Origin: Blastocatellia bacterium
GTDB lineage: Bacteria; Acidobacteriota; Blastocatellia; UBA7656
Assembly (NCBI GenBank): GCA_963765495.1
Contig: CAVXWP010000016.1
Coordinates: 32,001-96,000 of the forward strand
Length of the DNA: 64,000 nt
Direction: 5' to 3'
Shown piece after piece: positions 16,730-26,226 of the stretch. The position numbers and the translations under genes were made by a program. The first letter of the stretch is position 1, and each line of letters begins with the position of its first letter. The notes below the pieces were generated by a model that saw only the letters and a list, made by a program, of their open reading frames with translations, was not told where the DNA came from and made no database searches.

Positions 16730-19663
16730 ATGAAGATTGAATTCACAAACCCTGTCGCGCTCGTTCTGCTGGGGCTTATCCCGGTGGCGCTCTACTTTGC
16801 GCGTCACAGCCTGGCCAACCTCGCGCGGGCGCGGGCGCGAGCAAGCCTGCTCGCTCGCGTTGTCCTGTTGTTGATGATTGTGCTTGCGCTTGCGGGAATA
16901 AGAGTCAGGACCGCCTCGCGCGATCTGGCTCTGATATTTGTCGTAGACGTTTCGGCAAGCGTGGCTCTGGATGCAGCGGGCACACAGGGCGATCAATCAA
17001 TCATTTTCGATTTCATAAACGGCGAGATAGCGCGCGCCGCGCCGCGAGATTACATTGGGGTGATAGCCTTTGGGCGCGAGGCTTCGGTTGAGCTTGCGCC
17101 CACGCGAAAAGAATCGCTCGGCGCTTGGCGAATTAAAGAAATAAATTCCGATCCGCCACGCGACTACACCGACATCGCGGGCGCGCTCCGGCTCGCCGCC
17201 GCGCTCGTGCCCGAAACCGCCGTCGGCAGGATCGTTCTCGTCTCTGACGGAAATGAAAATCTTGAGAGCGCCGCCGAACAGGCGCAGTTGCTTAGAAGCG
17301 CTGGCATAGAGGTTTACACCCGCGCAATCGGAACCGTGAATGATCCCGAACGCACGAGGGGAGAGATAGCCGTCCGCGACCTCGTAGCGCCTGAGATGGC
17401 AGCCGAGGGCGAAGCCTTCGATTTGAAAGTCATCGTTGACAGCACTCGCGATACGGACGCGGTGCTTCGCATTTTTCGCAACGACTCGCTCGTGGCCGAG
17501 CGAAGCGTTCATCTGGCGGCTGCGGGCGAAAACCTTTTTCTCTTGCCGCAGAGAAACGACGAGCGGGGCTTTTACACCTATCGCGCAGAGATAGAGGCGC
17601 TTCAATCGGACGGGTTCAAACAGAACAATTCTCGCGAGGCGTTTTCGATGGTCGAAGGCCGCCCGAAAACGCTCTACCTTTACGGAGACGCGCAGCCGTC
17701 GGCAGCCGTCGCTCGCGTGCTTGCCGACGGCAACTTCGCCGCCGATATTCGCCCGGGTTCGGCTGCCCCGACGACGCTCGCAGGATTTCAAAACTACGAC
17801 CTGGTGATATTCGATAACGTACCGGCATCCGATTTCACAACCGACCAGATGAAGATGGTTCAATCCTATGTAAAGGACCTGGGCGGCGGTTTTATCATGA
17901 TAGGCGGGGATCAAAGCTTCGGCCCCGGCGGCTATTACGAGACTCCCATCGAAGAGACCCTGCCCGTATCGCTCGACGTTCGGCAGAAGAAACATTTTCC
18001 GAGCCTGGCTATGGCGCTCGTCATTGATCGTTCAGGCTCGATGGCAGGCCCCAAGCTGCAACTGGCCGTGGAAGCCGCTTCCGCGACAGTCGACTTCCTT
18101 TCAGAACGCGACTCGGTCGGCGTGATTGCCTTTGACGATCAGCCTCAACCGGTCGTTGAACTCACTCACGTAGAAGACAAAAAAGCGATCATAAAAAAGA
18201 TCACAGAGATTCAGGTGGGCGGCGGGACGAATATGTATCCGGGTCTGCAAACGGCTTACGAGTGGCTGGTGTCAAGCGATGCGCAGATAAAGCACATCCT
18301 GGTTCTTTCCGACGGACAGAGCGAGCGAGGCGATTTCGCCGGAATCGCTCGCGCCGTGAGCGAAGCGGGTATGACGCTTTCTACCGTCGCCATCGGAGAC
18401 GACGCCGATATTCGATTGATGAAGCTTCTGGCAGATGTCGGACAGGGGCGCTTTTACGCTACCGACAGGGCAGATAATCTGCCGCGCATCTTTACCCGCG
18501 AAGCTTTTCTTGCGTCGCGTTCCACGATCATCGAAGAGCCGTTTACGCCGCGTCTGGTAAGGCCGACGCAGGCGACCGAGGGGCTCGATTGGAACACCGC
18601 GCCGCAACTGAACGGATACGTTGGAACAGCCGAGCGCGATTCCGCCACCTCGCCCGCGATCACTTCGCTGGTGTCGGATAAAGACGACCCGGTTTATGCG
18701 GTGTGGCAATACGGGCTGGGCAGGGCGGCGGCTTTTACTTCGGATGCGAAGGGGCGCTGGGCCGCAGGCTGGATGAACTGGCCCGGCTTCGGGCAGTTCT
18801 GGGCACAGGCGTTGCGCGATACGCTCAGACGCGAAGGCGCTACTGATTTGACCCCGCGAGTCGAGATCAATCAGGGCCGGGGACACGTCACGGTCGAAGC
18901 CCTCTCACCGGATGGAAGTTTTAAGAACAACCTGCGGCTTGGCGCTCACATAGTCGCGCCCGATTTTTCCTCAAGCGATATAAAGCTCGAACAGACGGCG
19001 GCGGGCCTTTACGAAGGCGAGTTCGCGGCTACCGCGCGCGGAGCTTATCTTGTGAGCGTGGTCGAAGAGAACGGCCGTCCCGCGCCCGTCACCGGGTCGG
19101 TCAATTCCTATTCGCCCGAATTCAGCATTACATCCTCGGACGTGAGTCTGCTTGCGCGAGTCAGCGAGGCGACAGGCGGAAGCGTCATTTCAGCAGATGC
19201 GAGCGGGTTGAATCTGTTTGAGCGCCACGCGGAAAAGACCCGGCCTCACGAAATCTGGGAGTCTCTGATACTCGCGGCTTTGTTGCTGCTTCCCGTAGAC
19301 ATAGGAATTCGCCGCCTCAACATTACACGCGAGCAAATCCTGAACGCGCGTTACCGTATCGAGTCAAAGTTTCGCAGGGCAACCCCCGAACCGCTTGAAG
19401 CCGAAGCCGGGGCTTCGCTCGCACAGTTGAAGGATGCGCGAGCGCGGGTGCGGCTTGGCAACTCGGATACGGGCCAGCCTGATGTAAAACTGACTCCTGT
19501 CGAGAAATCAGCGAGCCCGGCATTGATTTCTGTTAATAGGGTGAGCCGGGATGTATTGCAAGGGGATGTGGCGCAGGAAAATAAACCGCCGACAGATACG
19601 GCCGAAGCGCAACCGCTTGCCTCTCGATTGCTCGATGCAAAGCGAAAGAAGCGCGATCTCTGA
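16730..19663 (+). CDS. Two-VWA-domain membrane protein with class I glutamine amidotransferase-like segments
   Basis: DVSASV and DRSGSM MIDAS motifs, VSDGNEN, LSDGQS, GGGFIMIGGDQSFGPGGY..TPIEETLPV, WQYGLGRAAAFTSD. Confidence 0.85.
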   Translation: MKIEFTNPVALVLLGLIPVALYFARHSLANLARARARASLLARVVLLLMIVLALAGIRVRTASRDLALIFVVDVSASVALDAAGTQGDQSIIFDFINGEIARAAPRDYIGVIAFGREASVELAPTRKESLGAWRIKEINSDPPRDYTDIAGALRLAAALVPETAVGRIVLVSDGNENLESAAEQAQLLRSAGIEVYTRAIGTVNDPERTRGEIAVRDLVAPEMAAEGEAFDLKVIVDSTRDTDAVLRIFRNDSLVAERSVHLAAAGENLFLLPQRNDERGFYTYRAEIEALQSDGFKQNNSREAFSMVEGRPKTLYLYGDAQPSAAVARVLADGNFAADIRPGSAAPTTLAGFQNYDLVIFDNVPASDFTTDQMKMVQSYVKDLGGGFIMIGGDQSFGPGGYYETPIEETLPVSLDVRQKKHFPSLAMALVIDRSGSMAGPKLQLAVEAASATVDFLSERDSVGVIAFDDQPQPVVELTHVEDKKAIIKKITEIQVGGGTNMYPGLQTAYEWLVSSDAQIKHILVLSDGQSERGDFAGIARAVSEAGMTLSTVAIGDDADIRLMKLLADVGQGRFYATDRADNLPRIFTREAFLASRSTIIEEPFTPRLVRPTQATEGLDWNTAPQLNGYVGTAERDSATSPAITSLVSDKDDPVYAVWQYGLGRAAAFTSDAKGRWAAGWMNWPGFGQFWAQALRDTLRREGATDLTPRVEINQGRGHVTVEALSPDGSFKNNLRLGAHIVAPDFSSSDIKLEQTAAGLYEGEFAATARGAYLVSVVEENGRPAPVTGSVNSYSPEFSITSSDVSLLARVSEATGGSVISADASGLNLFERHAEKTRPHEIWESLILAALLLLPVDIGIRRLNITREQILNARYRIESKFRRATPEPLEAEAGASLAQLKDARARVRLGNSDTGQPDVKLTPVEKSASPALISVNRVSRDVLQGDVAQENKPPTDTAEAQPLASRLLDAKRKKRDL

Positions 19664-19665
19664 TG

Positions 19666-19790
19666 GCTCCTAAATCACTCCGCAAGAGATTGGTACAAAT
19701 GAGTGTGAATGGAATGCATCCCGGCCTATTTCTGATTACCATACTTTGGAGTTTCGTTTGTACCAATTTTTTGCATTCCGATTTAGGGGT
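19666..19790. repeat. Imperfect ~36-bp inverted repeat element (MITE-like remnant or terminator) between convergent genes
   Basis: ctcctaaatc...gcaagagattggtacaaatga pairs with tcgtttgtaccaattttttgc...gatttagggg (27/36 matches by hand). Confidence 0.6.
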
Positions 19791-19842
19791 TCACAACGAT
19801 ACAAGGGTCGGCGAATCCTTTGAGCATCCCGATCCTCTGGAC

Positions 19843-21834
19843 TCATCCAAACTCGCGCTGGTAGCCCTCCCAGAGTGTCTTCACCTCTGCCATGAATTGA
19901 ATAAACGCCCGGTCCTTGCGGATAGTGTCAAGGAAGGGATCCCGCGCAAACAGCGGGTAGCAGGGGAAGCCTTCCTTGACCGTCACCCGCAGCCACTTCA
20001 CGGCCTCTTTGCTTTTGTCCCCCAGCGCGTAGACGCGGGCCAGATTGTAAGTGCCGTGATGATATCCACGGTTTCTCTGGATCTTCTCCAGAATCGAAGG
20101 GATTGCCGCTTCCGCCTCCCGGTGCTTCCCCTCCAAAGCCAGTAACAATACTCGATATTCAAACTGCCGGATCGAGCCAGGGTCCTTTTTATACTCCTGC
20201 TCGACCAGCGGCGCGGCCTCATTCACCTCTCTCTTTTCAAGAAAATATCTGAGATCGGGACCGCGATTGAACAATCTTTTGCTCGCTTCTAAACCTTCAT
20301 CGGGTCTGGCCGATAGAAAGAACTCTTCGACATAAGTGCTCTTGATCTGGTCATTATTTGGATCTATCTTGAGGGCGATCTCGAACTGTTCATCCGCTTT
20401 TTTTTCAAGACCGATGTGGGAATAGAGGTCCATCAGTTCCAGGTGGCCCGCATTCGAATCAAGCTGTTGTGTCAAACGCGCTTCACGCATCGCTGTTTCA
20501 ACCTGCCATCCTGAGTACTGGCTAAACTCGATAAAATAACGCGCCGTGTGCACTTCAGCCAGTTGCGGGTCGAGTCTTTCCGCGATGTCAAGCTCCTGTC
20601 TGGCCCGTTCGATCAGGGCAGGATTATCTTCCAGAAACACGGCTGTTCGAACATAGGCATTTCCAAGCTGCGCGTGAGCCAGCGCATATCCCGGGTCCAG
20701 ATCAATCGCTTTCTTGAACAGATCAATCGCCAGGACGGACTCTGGTTGGGTTTTAATATTGGGACTGATATTACCGAAATGATACATGGCCTTTGTGTAA
20801 CAGGTATAGGCTTCCGACTTCGAGGTGTAGCGTTTTGCGAGTTGGGCCTGTTCGGTCGGGCTTAGCTCGATTCGCAGGTGTTCAGCCACTTGCTGTGAAA
20901 TCGAATCTTGAAGCGCGAATATGCTTGCGCATTCATTTTCGCATTTGTCCGCCCATATAAGCGATCCGTCGCTCACTCTCCATAAACGCCCGGTGACTCG
21001 AACCTGTTTAGCCCCGTCCCATTGAATGCTCCCTTCGAGGATCGCATCCACTCCCAGTTCGCGCCCGGCGGCAATCGGGTCCTGATCGAGCGTGTTGTAC
21101 TTGCGCACCGCACCTATCGGTCGCACCGTAATCTCTCTTATACCGGCTAACTTGGTTATCAGCGTGTCAGCCATGCCCATCTCAAGCGACTCATCCCGGG
21201 TGTCTGCCACAAGCGGCTTGAACGGCAGAACGGCTATTGATCTAATCGGTGTCCCAGCCCCGACCTGCTTTGTCTTTCCGGTCAAGGAATATAAAAGCGC
21301 AGCTACTGCAACCAGCAAGACCAAAGAAACCAACAGGATTGCAATCGGTCTAAGCCTGCTCGGCTGAACTCCTGCGCCGCTTGCGCTGAGTAAGTGCCTT
21401 CGGAGAGATTGTTCGGCTTCGCCCTGTCCGTCTGTCAGTTCCTCTTCTTCGGTGATGATTCGTGACCGGGTATGCTTTTCTAATATCAGAGCGGCACCGT
21501 CATTATGCAGTTGTCTCACGGATGCGACGAATCGGTAGCCGTGCTTTGGGATGGTCTCTATGTATTGCTGCCCGCCGGAGTCTTCGCTCAGCGTACGCCT
21601 CAGCTTGAATATGTTTTGCGCGATTGTGGATTCCTCGACTACCGTATCCGGCCAGACCCTTCGCATCAAGTCATCTTTCTCGACCATGTGACCGGAGTTC
21701 TCAACGAGCATTAACAATGTATCGAAGGCTTTGTTTGTGAGCGGCAAAGACACGCCGTCGCGCAACAACATACGCTCGGCCGTATCAAGCCGGAAGGGGC
21801 CGAATTCGTATAAGTTGTTGGCTTGCTGGCTCAT
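19843..21834 (-). CDS. OmpR/CadC-type winged-helix + TM + TolB-N-like + TPR transcriptional regulator
   Basis: YEFGPFRLD..., KDDLMRRVWPDTVVEE, YIETIPKHGYRF; TM helix; SIAVLPFKPL; TPR repeats (KAIDLDPGYALAHA). Confidence 0.9.
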   Translation of the reverse strand: MSQQANNLYEFGPFRLDTAERMLLRDGVSLPLTNKAFDTLLMLVENSGHMVEKDDLMRRVWPDTVVEESTIAQNIFKLRRTLSEDSGGQQYIETIPKHGYRFVASVRQLHNDGAALILEKHTRSRIITEEEELTDGQGEAEQSLRRHLLSASGAGVQPSRLRPIAILLVSLVLLVAVAALLYSLTGKTKQVGAGTPIRSIAVLPFKPLVADTRDESLEMGMADTLITKLAGIREITVRPIGAVRKYNTLDQDPIAAGRELGVDAILEGSIQWDGAKQVRVTGRLWRVSDGSLIWADKCENECASIFALQDSISQQVAEHLRIELSPTEQAQLAKRYTSKSEAYTCYTKAMYHFGNISPNIKTQPESVLAIDLFKKAIDLDPGYALAHAQLGNAYVRTAVFLEDNPALIERARQELDIAERLDPQLAEVHTARYFIEFSQYSGWQVETAMREARLTQQLDSNAGHLELMDLYSHIGLEKKADEQFEIALKIDPNNDQIKSTYVEEFFLSARPDEGLEASKRLFNRGPDLRYFLEKREVNEAAPLVEQEYKKDPGSIRQFEYRVLLLALEGKHREAEAAIPSILEKIQRNRGYHHGTYNLARVYALGDKSKEAVKWLRVTVKEGFPCYPLFARDPFLDTIRKDRAFIQFMAEVKTLWEGYQREFG

Positions 21835-22065
21835 AACTTCAGTAAAGAAGTTTTAAAAAAAATGTAAAAGCGCTTTCAAGACTTCCAAACCGCTTTTGGG
21901 CTATTGTCTGCTGCCAGGTGAGGCGGAAAAGCACAGGTGGTTCAAAAGCCCTGACGCCGCGCTCATTCTATCACAACAGCGGTCGGCAGTCAGTGGTCAC
22001 GTGCCGGATGGCATTAGCGCGCAAAGCGCCGACGCCTGACCTTCGCCGCCGCCCTCGGAGGAGAT

Positions 22066-22326
22066 GTGAGAAGAGAGATCACTATAGAGACCGACGAAAT
22101 CTGGCTGATCAGGCGTCCCGGTGGATCGGTCATTGCCTGGTGCGAGGAATGCGGACGACAGGTCGGCATGATAAGCCCCGAAGAGGCGGTCGTCCTTGCC
22201 GGTTCAAGCGTGCGCTCAATCTATCGATGGGTAGAGGCGGGGCTGATTCATTACACAGAGATTCCCGGCGGATTCTTGCTGGTCTGCGCCAATTCGATAG
22301 CGGGCCTTCGGGCAAAGTCAGGCTGA
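22066..22326 (+). CDS. Small CxxC + helix-turn-helix protein
   Basis: GGAGGA RBS, GTG start; WCEECG, then SPEEAVVLAGSSVRSIYRWVEAGLIH (excisionase/MerR-like HTH), LVCANS. Confidence 0.75.
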   Translation: MRREITIETDEIWLIRRPGGSVIAWCEECGRQVGMISPEEAVVLAGSSVRSIYRWVEAGLIHYTEIPGGFLLVCANSIAGLRAKSG

Positions 22327-22362
22327 TCTGCCTGCCCTTTATTCATAGAGTGAGGTGAGAAG

Positions 22363-25300
22363 ATGAAGAAATCCAGGATTTTACTAACTCCGTTATTGGA
22401 GCCGAAGAAGGGGCGACGGGCGGCGCGCTCGGGCAAAATCTTCCCGCGCTTTGTGCTCGTTGTGATCGTGGTCGCTATCGGTGTCTTTCTCTCAAGCCAG
22501 ACATCATCGGCGCACATTGGCAGTCTCATCCCAAACCAGTGGACGGCGGGCGGTCCCGCTTTCACTCTCAGAATACTGGGCACGGATTTCGATGAATCGG
22601 ATACGGGCCACCTATTCTTTAACGGCGCGCGTATTGCCGCCAGGCTCATCAGCAGCGAGGAGCTACAGGCAACGATCCCTGCAAATCTGGTCGCAAGCCC
22701 CGGCATGGCCGTTGTGCAGCTTGAAGATTTCAATGCCGTGAGTTTCATGATCAACCCTCCCCCGACTATCATCACCGATTCCCCCCTGCCAATTGGCGTG
22801 GTCGGCCTTCCTTACTCGCAGACGCTTGCGAGCGCAGGAGGGAGCGCGCCCTTAACGTGGTCGGTCTCGACACTTCCTCAGGGGTTGAATCTGGATGCGA
22901 GCACGGGCGTTCTCAGCGGCACGCCGGAGGCCGATGGAACCTTTGCATCAATTACCGTGCGAGTGACCGATGCTGTCGGTGTGATGGCGAGCAAAATTTT
23001 TTCTCTGACCATAGGGCCCGTCGGATCATGTTTATATACCATCTCACCGAAGACCGAGATAATCCCGAGCACGGGCGGCACCGGCCTGATTTCAATCACA
23101 GCTCCGCCAAACTGCACGTGGAGCGCAGAGGTTGATACTGTCAGCAAATATTTCATCAGTCTTACCTCCGCTGCCAGCGGCTCGGGCAACGGGACCTTGA
23201 GCTACTCCGTTTCACCAATAGCGAATGGCTCGCGATCTGGAAGTATCGAGATTCGTCGCGGACCTTCTATTATAGACCCGATTGAGGGGGTAGTTACGGT
23301 GAAACAGGAAGGCTCTGTCTGCCCCACTTCGGCTTACAGCATTTCGCCAGCGGGAGCGGCGTATGAATCTGGAGATGGCACGGGCAGTTTTGAAGTCACC
23401 GCGCCTGACGACTGCAAATGGACGGCAAGCACGAACGCGCCATGGATAACGATTGATTCGTTAAGTTTGGAGCCAGAGATGGGAAACGGGGAGGTTTTGT
23501 ACTCGGTCAGCAAGAATAATGGATTTTGGCGCGGTGCGAGTATCAGCGTCGCCGGGCAGGCTTTCGCAGTCTATCAGGACTCAGAGAGTTGTCCGATAAA
23601 ATTCTTCTGTCTCATCTTTCCAGCCGTCTGTGGGGTGCATGCAAACGACGCCCTGACGGTTTCGCGCCGTTTTCGTGATGATGTGCTGTCTCGCTCACCG
23701 CGTGGCCGACATTACACCCGGTTATATTACGAATTCTCATCCGAAGCCGTGCAGATGATGATGCTTCATCCGATGCTGATTCTGCGCTCGCGCGAAATGT
23801 TCGCGCGCTATATGCCGGTCGTTGAAGCGATGGTAAAAGGCGAACAGCCGACGCTCAGCGAAGGCGACCTCACCGAGATTGATGATTTTCTGAATGCCCT
23901 GGCCGCCGACGGTAGCCCGCTCTTGCACGACGCCGTCAAGACGCTGCGCGAAGACCTGCGCGACCCGAGCGTGCAGGCCGAGTTCGGCATCACCGTGACG
24001 GCCGGGCCGCGCCGCGAGTCGCCCGCGCAAAGCCGGTTGCCGCAACTCAAGCAAGTCGGCCCCCTGCTCCCGCCACTGGGCTTGTTCATCGTCTTCGCCG
24101 TCCGTCGCAGGCTGCATCGCTCGCTTGTTGCAACACGCCCCGCCACACGCCCTGCCGCGTCCCTCTTCAAGCGCCCCTTCGGCCTCGCGATGGCGCTTTT
24201 ACTCGTAGGCTCGGGGTCGGCAATCAGCGGCCAGTCGTCAGCCACCAGCCCTACGCCTCCGTTCGGTCAGGATCAATCCACACCGACAACGACCGTTGCC
24301 GGAAAAAGAGCGGCGAATCACAAAGCCTTTGAATCCGAGAGCCGTGAATCTCACAAACCACAACCGCTCGCCATCAACCCCGCGTTGAACTTTTCGACTT
24401 ATTTCGGCGGCGGCGGCACGGATGAAGGAAACAGCATCGCCGTGGATGGCGGGGGCAACATTTACGTAACCGGCTTCACCGATTCACTCAACTTTCCCGT
24501 TGCCGCCGCCGCGCAGCCCGGTTTCGGCGGCGGTCAACAGGATGCTTTCGTCGTCAAGCTGAACCCGACAGGCACGAGGGTCATCTACGCGACGTATCTC
24601 GGCGGCGGCGGCCAGGATAACGGCACGGCCATTGCCGTGGACGGCGACGGCAATGCTTATGTCACCGGTTACACCGATTCGAGCGATTTCCCGGTGCGCA
24701 ACGCTCTGCAACCGACCAGAGCCGGTGCCTTCAACGCCTATGTAGTCAAGCTAAACCCCACAGGTTCAATCGTGTATTCAACGCTGCTCGGCGGCAGTCT
24801 CGGCGATTACGGCAGCAGCATAGCAGTTGATAAAGCCGGCAGCGTTTATGTAGCGGGCATCGCCACGTCGCCCGATTTCCCACTCCGCAACGCCGCGCAG
24901 TCGGCCTTCGGCGGTCTGGCCGACGTGTTCGTCACAAAGCTGAACGCGGCGGGCACGCGGCTCGTCTACTCCACCTATCTTGGCGGCGCGGGCACGGATG
25001 CGGCCACAAGCATCGCGGTTGACGCGGCGGGTAGCGTTTACCTCACGGGGCTGACGACCTCTCCAAACTTCCCAACAGCGAATGCGCCGCAGGCGACACA
25101 CGGCGGCGGGTTATTCGACGCCTTTGTGACGAAGCTGAACGCGGCGGGCGCGCAGGTCGTCTATTCCACATACCTTGGCGGCAGCGGTGTTGATCGCGCG
25201 TTTCGCATCGCCGTCAATGGTGCGGGCAACGCTTACGTGACCGGCGATACCGACTCGACCGATTTCCCAGCCATCGGTGCGGCGCAAGCTGTGACGGGCG

Positions 25301-25980
25301 GCAGCGCTGATGTCTTCGTGTCGAAGCTAAACGCAACAGGGACAGCCCTCGATTATTCGACCTATCTCGGTGGCAGCGAGATTGATGGCGGAACAGGGAT
25401 CGCGGTTGACACGGCGGGCAACGCCACCGTCACGGGATTCACGGCATCGGTCAATTTCCCGCTCGCATCAGCAGCGCAACCCTTCTTCAGCGGCGGTTAT
25501 GACGGCTTCGTGGCGCGGCTCAACGCGACAGGGGCGACGCTGGAATACGCGGCATACCTCGGCGGCAGTGGCATGGATTCCGCCTTCGCCGTGGCGATAG
25601 ACGCTACGGGGAAGGCTTATGTGATGGGTGTGACGGGTTCGCTTGACTTCCCAATCAGTTTACCTTTGCAAATGGAGTTCGGCGGGGGGATTTCCGATAT
25701 ATTCGTTGCAAAGCTCAAATCACCCGATCCCGCGATCACCGGAGCCGAGATATCAGGCAAGAATCTGCTCGTGTCCGGCAGCGGTTTCGATAAAAACGCG
25801 AAGATTCTCATTGACGGCCAGGAGCAAAAAACCAAAAACGACAAGACGAATCCATCGGGCACCCTGATTGGGAAAAAGGCCGGCAAGAAGATCGCACCCG
25901 GCCAGAGCGTAACCTTACAGGTCAGAAACCCGGACGGCTCGCTCTCAAATCAAATTCCCTTTACACGACCTGTCGGTTAA
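22363..25980 (+). CDS. Large surface protein: IPT/Ig, putative Ig, 2x BACON-like, helical domain, internal hydrophobic segments, SBBP beta-propeller repeats, C-terminal Ig-like domain
   Basis: N-terminal hydrophobic segment; LPQGLNLDASTGVLSGTP; CTWSA/CKWTASTNAPWITI; seven YSTYLGG..D....IAVD..GNAYVTG.T.S.DFP repeats. Confidence 0.85.
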   Translation: MKKSRILLTPLLEPKKGRRAARSGKIFPRFVLVVIVVAIGVFLSSQTSSAHIGSLIPNQWTAGGPAFTLRILGTDFDESDTGHLFFNGARIAARLISSEELQATIPANLVASPGMAVVQLEDFNAVSFMINPPPTIITDSPLPIGVVGLPYSQTLASAGGSAPLTWSVSTLPQGLNLDASTGVLSGTPEADGTFASITVRVTDAVGVMASKIFSLTIGPVGSCLYTISPKTEIIPSTGGTGLISITAPPNCTWSAEVDTVSKYFISLTSAASGSGNGTLSYSVSPIANGSRSGSIEIRRGPSIIDPIEGVVTVKQEGSVCPTSAYSISPAGAAYESGDGTGSFEVTAPDDCKWTASTNAPWITIDSLSLEPEMGNGEVLYSVSKNNGFWRGASISVAGQAFAVYQDSESCPIKFFCLIFPAVCGVHANDALTVSRRFRDDVLSRSPRGRHYTRLYYEFSSEAVQMMMLHPMLILRSREMFARYMPVVEAMVKGEQPTLSEGDLTEIDDFLNALAADGSPLLHDAVKTLREDLRDPSVQAEFGITVTAGPRRESPAQSRLPQLKQVGPLLPPLGLFIVFAVRRRLHRSLVATRPATRPAASLFKRPFGLAMALLLVGSGSAISGQSSATSPTPPFGQDQSTPTTTVAGKRAANHKAFESESRESHKPQPLAINPALNFSTYFGGGGTDEGNSIAVDGGGNIYVTGFTDSLNFPVAAAAQPGFGGGQQDAFVVKLNPTGTRVIYATYLGGGGQDNGTAIAVDGDGNAYVTGYTDSSDFPVRNALQPTRAGAFNAYVVKLNPTGSIVYSTLLGGSLGDYGSSIAVDKAGSVYVAGIATSPDFPLRNAAQSAFGGLADVFVTKLNAAGTRLVYSTYLGGAGTDAATSIAVDAAGSVYLTGLTTSPNFPTANAPQATHGGGLFDAFVTKLNAAGAQVVYSTYLGGSGVDRAFRIAVNGAGNAYVTGDTDSTDFPAIGAAQAVTGGSADVFVSKLNATGTALDYSTYLGGSEIDGGTGIAVDTAGNATVTGFTASVNFPLASAAQPFFSGGYDGFVARLNATGATLEYAAYLGGSGMDSAFAVAIDATGKAYVMGVTGSLDFPISLPLQMEFGGGISDIFVAKLKSPDPAITGAEISGKNLLVSGSGFDKNAKILIDGQEQKTKNDKTNPSGTLIGKKAGKKIAPGQSVTLQVRNPDGSLSNQIPFTRPVG

Positions 25981-25993
25981 TTCTCAGGAAACT

Positions 25994-26072
25994 CTTTGCG
26001 TACTTTGCGACCTGACGTCTTGGCGAGCAATAGGTTCTCGCCCATATGTAAAGTACGCAAAGAAACGCAAAG
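25994..26072. repeat. CTTTGCGTA-family palindrome
   Basis: ctttgcgtactttgcg ... aagtacgcaaagaaacgcaaag, downstream of the stop; same family as 14571-14647. Confidence 0.65.
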
Positions 26073-26226
26073 ATTCTTATCAAGAATGGAGCGGTTTCCA
26101 AGGCTCCTGGCAGACCAGTTTCCACCCCTCTTCTAACAAACTTGACTTGAACCCTCAAAAGCAATACCCTCGCTCGTGGCAAGCAACTCTCATCGACTGT
26201 AAACCGTTTTCACAGGAGTACCCTTC

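Noticed and set aside
19663-20145. 160-aa ORF following the VWA gene
   Set aside because: Spans an inverted repeat and the antisense strand of the TPR regulator; no recognisable motifs.
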